A DNA stretch of 47,600 nt, taken from contig JASLXV010000098.1 in NCBI GenBank assembly GCA_030740155.1, forward strand, positions 1 to 47,600, given 5' to 3'. Below, piece by piece: positions 19,730-26,979 of the stretch (position 1 is its first letter; each line of letters starts with the position of its first letter). A program made the translations under genes and the position numbers. This DNA comes from Dehalococcoidia bacterium (GTDB taxonomy: Bacteria > Chloroflexota > Dehalococcoidia > Lucifugimonadales > UBA3495). The notes below the pieces were generated by a model that had not been told where the DNA came from, searched no databases, and saw nothing but the letters and a program-made list of their open reading frames with translations.

Positions 19730-20935
19730 ATGGGGATACTAGACGACATTAAGGTATTGGAGCTGACCAGCGGGCTATCGGGGGCCTTCTGCGCCAAGCT
19801 GCTGGCCGACCAGGGCGCCGACACCATAAAGGTCGAGCCCCCGGGTTGGGGCGACCCGGCTCGCCACGAACCGCCCTTCATCGACGGCGTGCCCCATCCG
19901 GACCGCGGCACCCTCTTCCTGGCCTTCAACACCAACAAGCGGGGCGTGACTCTGGACCTAGAGCAAGCCGCCGGCCGTGACCTCTTCTTGCGGCTGGTGC
20001 AGCATGCCGACGTGGTCGTCGAGAGTCACCCGCCGGGTGTCTTGGAGCAACTCGGCCTGGACTACCCGGCCATGAGAGAGGCCAACCCCGGACTCGTTCT
20101 GACCTCCATTACCTATTTCGGTCAGACCGGGCCCTACCGGAATTATCGAGGCAGCGACCTGGTTGCCCAGGCTCTTGGGGGCTACTTGTACGCGGTAACC
20201 GGATCGGCCGACCGACCGCCCATGGGCACGACCCTGGAGCAGATGGAGATCACCGCCGCCCGCGATGGGGCCATCGCCATCATGGCGACCCTCCTCCAGC
20301 GTCAGCAATCGGGGGAAGGCCGGCATATCGATGTATCCACCATGGAGGCCGCAGTCAGCACTCCCTCGGCCCTGATCCAGCCTTACAGCTTTACGGGCCG
20401 CAATCCGAGGAGGGGGGCCGGCGACGGCAACGTGATAGACGGAATGCACCTTCCCACCAAAGACGGCGAAGTTACGTTGACCACCTCCGGCACCGGGGGG
20501 CGTCCGATGGAAGTATGGGCCGAACTCCTAGAGGAACCGAGGCTGTTGGACGCCAAGTTTGCCACCCGTCCACTCCGCCTGGAGAATTGGCGGGAACTCT
20601 ACGACCTGGTGGCTCCGGCGCTGACCCGGTGGACCAACCTGGACCTGATGCGGGAAACGATGGCCCGGGGACTGGTTATCGGGCTGGTTCAGAGCCCCAA
20701 GCAGGTCGTGAACTCGCCACATCTGAAGGAGCGGGGGTACTTCGTCGAGCTGGACCACCCCGAAACCGGCGCCCTGAAGTATCCGGGACCGGGCTTTCTG
20801 ATCGACGGGGTGAACCCGATGGACGGTAGCCGGCCGGCCCCGCGTCTGGGAGAGCACAACGCTGAGATTCTTGGCGGCGAGTTGGGTCTATCGACTGAAG
20901 AGCTGGGCCTGCTCCGCGCCTCCAGGGTTATCTGA
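19730..20935 (+). CDS. Family III CoA-transferase subunit apparently lacking the catalytic Asp (BbsE-like)
   Basis: LDDIKVLEL, LADQGADTIKVEPP, NTNKRGVTLDL, APRLGEHN; LEQMEITAA where the Asp is expected. Confidence 0.9.
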   Translation: MGILDDIKVLELTSGLSGAFCAKLLADQGADTIKVEPPGWGDPARHEPPFIDGVPHPDRGTLFLAFNTNKRGVTLDLEQAAGRDLFLRLVQHADVVVESHPPGVLEQLGLDYPAMREANPGLVLTSITYFGQTGPYRNYRGSDLVAQALGGYLYAVTGSADRPPMGTTLEQMEITAARDGAIAIMATLLQRQQSGEGRHIDVSTMEAAVSTPSALIQPYSFTGRNPRRGAGDGNVIDGMHLPTKDGEVTLTTSGTGGRPMEVWAELLEEPRLLDAKFATRPLRLENWRELYDLVAPALTRWTNLDLMRETMARGLVIGLVQSPKQVVNSPHLKERGYFVELDHPETGALKYPGPGFLIDGVNPMDGSRPAPRLGEHNAEILGGELGLSTEELGLLRASRVI

Positions 20936-21046
20936 CGCCGGACCGCGCCGGTGCAAGACCAGGGCCGAATGCGGCGCGGCACTACGGCAAACCAGTCCGC
21001 GGCACTTTGGTTGAAGCGTAGCCAGGAGGGCGAGTACCACTAGGTA

Positions 21047-21128
21047 GCTATTCCAAAACCTTGGGCGAACGGATCGGGCGCCGCTGCCCCGTTCGTGGTG
21101 AGCTTGTCGAACCACTTTTTGAGATAGT
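21047..21128. mobile_element. Short MITE-like element with REP-type core
   Basis: GCTATTCCAAAA ... TTTTGAGATAGT TIR around CCGTTCGTGGTGAGCTTGTCGAACCAC. Confidence 0.5.
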
Positions 21129-21193
21129 CACCAAGTGTGCCTGACCAACGAGTTCCGCAACCCGAGCACACCATGCGGGCATGTATCGATACT

Positions 21194-21230
21194 CCCGTCT
21201 CCCTTCGGGTGAGGGCCCAGGGGTGAGGGG
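21194..21230. repeat. CTCCC..GGGAG/GGGGTGAGGG-type palindromic repeat
   Basis: CCCGTCTCCCTTCGGGTGAGGGCCCAGGGGTGAGGGG; relatives at 24953-24988 and 44997-45024. Confidence 0.55.
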
Positions 21231-21239
21231 CCAAGCCAG

Positions 21240-21518
21240 CTAGCCGGGTAGAAGGCCTTCGCCCACGAACAGGCCTTGCGCCTCTTCCAGCGTCGTGTCC
21301 GGCGCCGGTAGAATCAAGTCCGACTCGACAAGCTCGTCTATCGGCAATGGGGAGCCGTTATCCCGCACCACGTCCAGCAATTGCTTCAGAAGACCGCCGA
21401 AGCCGCTCCGGTCGGCGGCCGCCACGGCATCCACCAGTTGATTGTCAATCTCGTTCAGCTGGTCAACGAATGAGCCGGAAAGATTGTATTGGCCTTCGGT
21501 GGTGATACGAATGATCAT
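21240..21518 (-). CDS. PspA-associated protein (PspAA family)
   Basis: MIIRITTEGQY...LNEID...LL..VR..G..L..DEL..SDLILP.PD.TLEE...LF..EGLLPG; ATGA-coupled to pspA. Confidence 0.85.
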   Translation of the reverse strand: MIIRITTEGQYNLSGSFVDQLNEIDNQLVDAVAAADRSGFGGLLKQLLDVVRDNGSPLPIDELVESDLILPAPDTTLEEAQGLFVGEGLLPG

Positions 21519-22246
21519 GATTGGCTCCCCGGTAGTTGCTTCCTCTCTGCCGGCGGTAGGCTGGCTTTCAGGGCGCTGAGTTCATCCTCGACGTTCTGCG
21601 AGGAGGTCAGGGCCGCCAACTCCCGGCTGATGTCATCTTGAGCACCGGTGAAATCGTCCAGCACCCCGGCCCCAGCCAGTTCGTCAATGGCGCCGGCCCG
21701 GGCCCGCATCTGCTCCGTCTTGTTTTCGGCGCGCTCTACTGCCAGGCTGATGTCTCCCATCTCTTCGGAGATTCCCGAGAGGGCGGAACCGATGCGCACC
21801 TGCGCTTGGGCGGCGGTAAACTGGGCCTTGATGACTTCCTTCTTGGTGCGGAACGCGCTGACCTTTGCCTGAAGCCGCTGCTCGGCCACGGTTAGCTTCT
21901 CTTGCTCCAGTTCCATCCCGGAGATCTGCTCGTCCAATCCCTGGAGTTCCATGATGGCGGCCTGCTTGCGTTGCAGCGCCATCCTGGCCAGATCTTCACG
22001 CCCTGCCACCAAAGCCTGCCCGGCCTGGGTTTCCAGCCTGGAGATGTTTCCCTGTACCGTGGACGCTTGCTGCTGAATCCGCCGCTTGGCGGCAACCATC
22101 TCAACGACGCCGCGTTTGACGTTGCGCAGCATCTCCAGTTGCTTTTCGTACGAATAGTCGAGTGTTTCCCTTGGGTCCTCCGCTGAGTCCAATATCCGGT
22201 TCATCTTAGACTTGATGATGGTTGACATCCGCGAGAGCATTCCCAC
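21515..22246 (-). CDS. pspA: PspA/IM30 (ESCRT-III-like) family protein
   Basis: MGMLSRMSTIIKSKMNRILDSAEDP amphipathic start, coiled coil, AL..GREDLAR.AL.RK, ARAGAIDEL, VEDELSALK. Confidence 0.93.
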   Translation of the reverse strand: MGMLSRMSTIIKSKMNRILDSAEDPRETLDYSYEKQLEMLRNVKRGVVEMVAAKRRIQQQASTVQGNISRLETQAGQALVAGREDLARMALQRKQAAIMELQGLDEQISGMELEQEKLTVAEQRLQAKVSAFRTKKEVIKAQFTAAQAQVRIGSALSGISEEMGDISLAVERAENKTEQMRARAGAIDELAGAGVLDDFTGAQDDISRELAALTSSQNVEDELSALKASLPPAERKQLPGSQS

Positions 22247-22294
22247 GATGGACCCCCCTAGCTAATAATGACCCCGGCGGTGCCGGAGTTTGCC

Positions 22295-22492
22295 TCAATA
22301 ACCTCTGGACCTGCCCTTGCCACCGCTAACCAGGCCAACCAGACTAACAACAAGGGTAATTATACCAACGAATATCAGGATCCATCCCATCATGTCCAAG
22401 AGCCACTCGATCAGTCCGCTCTTCAATAGAAATCCCGTCACCACTAGGATTAAACCGATGACGATCCCGCCACCCTTACCGAGCATACCCAT
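22295..22492 (-). CDS. Small two-TM membrane protein upstream of pspA
   Basis: Two hydrophobic segments, basic C-terminus, RBS GGGAG; co-oriented with pspA. Confidence 0.7.
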   Translation of the reverse strand: MGMLGKGGGIVIGLILVVTGFLLKSGLIEWLLDMMGWILIFVGIITLVVSLVGLVSGGKGRSRGY

Positions 22493-22534
22493 TGTTGACT
22501 CCCTGTTATCCGCGAGGTCTTTCTGACTGATTCA

Positions 22535-22563
22535 ACCTTATATGCAACCGATATACAGGTCAA
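22535..22563 (-). promoter_or_regulatory. sigma70-like promoter of the pspA operon
   Basis: Minus strand TTGACC-N17-TAAGGT. Confidence 0.5.
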
Positions 22564-22722
22564 GTGGCCCATTGTCCGCAGATTGAGACGTATCGATTCC
22601 TGAATCCTTCGCGCCAGCCACCGATGGCGCGCCCAACAATCCGGAACTTGGCTCCACCTTGCTCCGGGTTCCGATGAAATCAGGACGCGGAGTCTCCGGA
22701 CGCCGGCCGGGGGACCACCAGA

Positions 22723-22751
22723 TTGACCTATAGGCCGGTCCTAAGTATACT
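22723..22751 (+). promoter_or_regulatory. sigma70-like promoter of DUF4178-DUF350
   Basis: TTGACC-N17-TATACT. Confidence 0.6.
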
Positions 22752-22992
22752 CAAATCCGCCGGAATCGCCAGGCAAGAGGCTATCCGATTGATTAGATGC
22801 GCCGTCGGGCTAGTCATGCCGCTCAATAATGCCGATTAGCACTCGCAAGCAGCCAACGGCGGCAGACCTGAGACGTTGGGATCGATACTTGCTCCGGCCC
22901 ATGGTGTTCCAACGCGGCCGCAGGTCAGCAGGCGGCACTCTTTTCCATTCGCGAGTCCTGCCTCTTCACCCAACCTACCGGAGTCTAACAAT

Positions 22993-23601
22993 ATGCTGCG
23001 GTCACTATTCGGTAGACGCAAAAGGAAGCGGGGCGCCGGCGCCGGTCCTGCCCAGGACGAGACTATCCGGGCCGCCAGGGTCGGCGATGTAGTATCTATC
23101 CAAGGACTGGCATTGGCGTATGACGATGTATACTTCTTTGTCGAGAGGCTTAACCGGTACACCAGCGACGCGGAAACCTGGTACGAGCTGACCTGCGTGG
23201 ACGGTGACACCCACATTTGGATCGATTGGACCGATGGCTACGATCTGTTCGTAACCGCGACCGACGACCCGGACCCGACCGGCTTGGAGAGCATCGGGCT
23301 TACCGAGGAACAGTTGATCGGTCTGGACGAAGAGCATTCCATCGACAATCAGATCGAGGTGGAAGGGGATCAGTACTTTTACAAGAACAGCTCCGAGGTG
23401 ATGTTCTACCAGGACAACCGGGGCCGGGGAAAAGGTTTCTACCTCTGGGATTTCATCCGGGAAGATGGAGAACGGGTCTTGGCCGTGTCCAAATGGGAGG
23501 GCAGACCCTTCGAGGTGGCCTTTGGCGAGGTCATCGATTCGAGCAGGATTACGCTTTACAAAGGCGAGCGCACGGACTCTGAGAGCCGGAGGTCGCGATG
23601 A
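22993..23601 (+). CDS. DUF4178-like protein
   Basis: RVGDVV, Y....TWYEL...DG...WI, IEVEG..Y, WDF...DG...LAVSKW......G..I; ATGA-coupled to DUF350. Confidence 0.72.
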   Translation: MLRSLFGRRKRKRGAGAGPAQDETIRAARVGDVVSIQGLALAYDDVYFFVERLNRYTSDAETWYELTCVDGDTHIWIDWTDGYDLFVTATDDPDPTGLESIGLTEEQLIGLDEEHSIDNQIEVEGDQYFYKNSSEVMFYQDNRGRGKGFYLWDFIREDGERVLAVSKWEGRPFEVAFGEVIDSSRITLYKGERTDSESRRSR

Positions 23602-24500
23602 TCGACGCATTTTCCGACACATTGAAGGTCTTTCCCCGAGGGTTGGTTTTCGTAGGTCTAGGGATGGTCATTCTGGTGATGGCCAAGCTGGCGCGGGATG
23701 TGGTGACCAGTTACCACATCGATGAGGAGGTCACCGAGAAGAATAACCTGGCGGTGGCCCTCAGGCTGAGCGGCTATCTCATCGGCGTGGTCCTGGTTTT
23801 CCTGGGAGCTTTGTACCAACCGCTGACTCTGATCGCGGTGGACGGGTTTGGCTTCGACCGGGCCTACGCCGAGGAAGTCCTTCGGGTGTTCGCCTATTCA
23901 CTCGGGGGAATCGTGGCGTTGAACCTGGTCCGGGTGCTCATGGACCGCCTGATACTGTACAAGTTCAACATAGAGAAAGAGATCGTCGAAGGCCAGAACG
24001 TGGGGACCGGCGCCGCGGAGTTCGGCATGTACGTCGCAACGGGGTTGATGATCGCCGGAGCCATCTCTGGCGAGGGCGGCAGCACCGAGACCGCGGCGGC
24101 CCTGAACGCGCTGGCCTTCTTCGGCATGGGGCTGGCATTGCTCGTCCTGTTCGCCCTCTTCTATCAGTTCACCACGCCATTCGACATCCACTCCGAGATA
24201 GAGGGCGGCAACACCGCGGTGGGTATCGCCTTCGGAGGCAACCTGATAGCCATCGGCCTGGTGACGTTCAAGGCGCTGTTCGGGGACTTCGTCGCTTGGG
24301 ACGAGAGCATCGCGGCGTTTCTCGCTTTCGCGGTGCTCGGCTTTGCGCTGCTCTACGTGCTCAGGATAATCATCGACAAGGCGATGCTGCCCACGGTCCG
24401 GATTTCCAACTCGCTGGCGGAGGGCCGCAATGTGGGCGTCGCTTTCGTCGAAGGCGCGGTGGTAATCAGCGCGGCCATGATACTGTTCCTGGCTATCTGA
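23598..24500 (+). CDS. DUF350 (YjfL-like) multi-pass membrane protein
   Basis: Four repeats of (I/L).EE(I/V)..x.N.AV(A/G): EEVTEKNNLAVAL, KEIVEGQNVGTG, SEIEGGNTAVGI, SLAEGRNVGVAF. Confidence 0.9.
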   Translation: MIDAFSDTLKVFPRGLVFVGLGMVILVMAKLARDVVTSYHIDEEVTEKNNLAVALRLSGYLIGVVLVFLGALYQPLTLIAVDGFGFDRAYAEEVLRVFAYSLGGIVALNLVRVLMDRLILYKFNIEKEIVEGQNVGTGAAEFGMYVATGLMIAGAISGEGGSTETAAALNALAFFGMGLALLVLFALFYQFTTPFDIHSEIEGGNTAVGIAFGGNLIAIGLVTFKALFGDFVAWDESIAAFLAFAVLGFALLYVLRIIIDKAMLPTVRISNSLAEGRNVGVAFVEGAVVISAAMILFLAI

Positions 24501-24566
24501 CCGGGCTTGGGCCATCGATCGCCGCTGGGCTAATGCCCGGTGTCCGTCGAGGGCCTGATGCCCAGT

Positions 24567-24635
24567 CCGTCTTCCCGGCGAAAGCCGGGAACCAGTCGGC
24601 GCCTCTCTGGATTCCGGCCTTCGCCGGAATGACGG
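24567..24635. repeat. CGTC-type palindromic repeat (double hairpin)
   Basis: CCGTCTTCCCGGCGAAAGCCGGGAACCAG...CTGGATTCCGGCCTTCGCCGGAATGACGG. Confidence 0.75.
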
Positions 24636-24725
24636 TGGTGGGGAGAGACCGTCCCACAATTTCGCCGGGGTAAAGCTTTTTACAAGCCAGTACGTTAGCG
24701 CACAGTTAGCCTGGTTCTTACATGA

Positions 24726-24776
24726 TGTCATTCCGAGCGAAGCGAGGAATCCCAGCGTATCGACGAGATTCCTCGC
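24726..24776. repeat. TGTCATTCCGAGCGAAGCGAGGAATC palindromic repeat
   Basis: Same family as 19578 and 32845. Confidence 0.7.
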
Positions 24777-24952
24777 GGAGCTTATCCTGAGCCGGGCCGG
24801 AGACTTCATTTCGCTTCGACTCTTGCGCCGGCCTTCTATCCAGGGAAAAGCCTTCTTGGGATAGTTGGAGGCTTCTGGGCCGCGCCTCCAGCCATCGGCC
24901 CGCCCAGTGGGTTTCCACGCCCGAGCACGCGCGGCAATCCTTGTTTGGTGCT

Positions 24953-24988
24953 CCCTTCTCCCTTTGGGGGAGGGGACGGGGGTGAGGG
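24953..24988. repeat. CTCCC..GGGAG/GGGGTGAGGG-type palindromic repeat
   Basis: CCCTTCTCCCTTTGGGGGAGGGGACGGGGGTGAGGG. Confidence 0.6.
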
Positions 24989-25023
24989 CCGTCCCCGAGA
25001 CGGTAACCGGTGGCCCGGAGGTT

Positions 25024-26148
25024 CTACGCCTCCACCCTTCTGAGGATCTCCTGCTGAGATTCCAGCTCCCGAGCGCGCTCCTCCCTCTCTTCCAGGAAGC
25101 CGTAGCCGCTCTCCACGATCTGGCCGATCGCCGTCTCGTCGACGTGGCAGCGGTTCACCGCCGGCTCGAGAATACCCTCGAAGAATGCCTCGTCGTCGAT
25201 GAGACTCTCCCAATTCGCGAGGGAGTCATCCAGCGAGCCATCGTACAGGCGCAGCAGGAATACGGCCCTGATGGGGTCCAATCCTTCGGCCAGGAACACC
25301 GGTACCCGCAGGTCAACGCCCCGGCCGGTCTCGAACTCAACCGAGTCCAGGTCCAGATCGAATTCGGTATCGGTGAAGTGGTCGTACCGGTCGATGTAGG
25401 ACTCGGTTTCAGCCAGCAACCGGCCGATGAATCGTCTCCCCTTCCGGGTGATGCCGAACACTCGAGCGCCCGCGGGGCACGCAATGAGGCCCTTCGACCG
25501 GAGAGCCGCCACCGCCACCTTCAACCCAGGGCCGGAGTCGCCTGAAAGCGGCTCCGTGATTTCGACCTCATGTTTGTCCAGGAAATACAGGATCGTCAGC
25601 GACTGCAGCCACTCCAGCAGCTCCTCTCTGGTCTCCCAGAGACCCATTTGCGTGGCGTAATCGAGGGCGTGGTACTGCTTCTCGATCCAAAGTCCCAACC
25701 AGGGAAGAGGTGACCCCCCATCACCCCCTTTCGGTGAAGGGATGCCGCGGGGATCTTCCCTCGCCGCCGCCGCTACGCTCGCGCTTGAAAGTTCAAGCTG
25801 CCGGGAAACGAGGCCGGCCATATCCAAGGCTTGCCCATCGCCATCGGAGAACGAAAACGTGCAACGGCCCCATCGCCACTCTTCGAAGGCCTCCAGGAAG
25901 ACCCCGTAGATCTCCGGAAGATCGGGGTTGGCCCGGAGATCGAACAGGGACGCCACCGCGCTCTGCTCCTCCTCGCCTGAAGGGAAGGTGTCGCCCAGGA
26001 GCTGGGAGACCGTGGAACCGGCGAATCCGGGAGGCAAAGCAACACTCAGGGCATCGTCCGGTTTCATGCCGGTCAACGATATTCGAACCTCGAACCAGCC
26101 GGTCCGGCTTGGCCTGGCGTTCTCCGACCTCGCCTCCGCGTTGGTCAT
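25024..26148 (-). CDS. Uncharacterised acidic protein; possible beta-grasp N-terminus and central winged-helix
   Basis: 374-aa ORF starting right after the lipoprotein stop; LRSKGLI...FGITRKGRRFI wHTH-like motif. Confidence 0.8.
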   Translation of the reverse strand: MTNAEARSENARPSRTGWFEVRISLTGMKPDDALSVALPPGFAGSTVSQLLGDTFPSGEEEQSAVASLFDLRANPDLPEIYGVFLEAFEEWRWGRCTFSFSDGDGQALDMAGLVSRQLELSSASVAAAAREDPRGIPSPKGGDGGSPLPWLGLWIEKQYHALDYATQMGLWETREELLEWLQSLTILYFLDKHEVEITEPLSGDSGPGLKVAVAALRSKGLIACPAGARVFGITRKGRRFIGRLLAETESYIDRYDHFTDTEFDLDLDSVEFETGRGVDLRVPVFLAEGLDPIRAVFLLRLYDGSLDDSLANWESLIDDEAFFEGILEPAVNRCHVDETAIGQIVESGYGFLEEREERARELESQQEILRRVEA

Positions 26149-26964
26149 TTAGAAACGGCCGTGGCCGCGGACTTTCATGGAGCCGGCGCCTCCCCGGCCG
26201 CCACTCCGGCCTCCTCCGCTCGATCGGCCTATCGAACTGGCCTTCCCGGAACTGCTCCGGGCGATGGCGCCACTGCTCTTGAAGCTGCCGCTGGTCTTCT
26301 GAGTCGACCGGTAGGTGTTGCGGTTCGAGCTGAGGTTGCCTTTGGCCGTCTGGTAGCTGGACCCGCGGAAAGACGACTGCTTGCTGCTGTAATTGGTGTT
26401 CCTCGCCACCTGCCTGCTATAGGAGGAGGATTGCCGGTAGCTGGTGCGCTGGCTCCGCATCCCGGCCCCGCGGGAGACCGGCGTGGAGTAGTAGTAACCA
26501 CGGGGAGAGATCGCGGATATCAGCATGTAGGTGAACAGAAAATTGCCCGCGCCGAAATGGCTGCCGTAGTAGCCGTTGCCGCCGTGCCCGCGCATATCGT
26601 ATTCATTGTTGGTCCCCTTGACGATGGAGAACAACTGGTCATCCTGGGCTTCGTTTATATCGTTGTCGCCGTTCAGGTCTTCCCATCCTTCCAGGGTCAG
26701 GGCGCTACCGTCCTGCTTGGCTCTGATGATGACCAAGCCGTCGCCCTCGTATATCTCGTTGACCTTGCGTTCGAAGTCGGTGGCGCTCTTGGAACTCTTG
26801 AACGCGGCTTGAACATCGTCCAGATTGATGAGTCCAGCGGCTCCGTCGGTGGCCGCCCAATCATCGTAGGTCGGGCCGCTGGCGCAGGCGGCGATCAGCG
26901 GGGCCGCGGCGACCAGCCCGCCCAAGGATATCGCGGTGCCGAGTTTGAATCGTCTCTTGCCCAT
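26149..26964 (-). CDS. Lipoprotein with long Ser/Arg/Gly-rich tail (YjfM/YgiB-like architecture)
   Basis: KRRFK N-terminus, lipobox IAA-C, DLNGDNDI Ca-binding-like loop, hydrophobic GNFLFTYMLISAI, low-complexity basic tail; RBS GGAGG. Confidence 0.85.
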   Translation of the reverse strand: MGKRRFKLGTAISLGGLVAAAPLIAACASGPTYDDWAATDGAAGLINLDDVQAAFKSSKSATDFERKVNEIYEGDGLVIIRAKQDGSALTLEGWEDLNGDNDINEAQDDQLFSIVKGTNNEYDMRGHGGNGYYGSHFGAGNFLFTYMLISAISPRGYYYSTPVSRGAGMRSQRTSYRQSSSYSRQVARNTNYSSKQSSFRGSSYQTAKGNLSSNRNTYRSTQKTSGSFKSSGAIARSSSGKASSIGRSSGGGRSGGRGGAGSMKVRGHGRF

Positions 26965-26979
26965 GTATCACCTCCGCTG

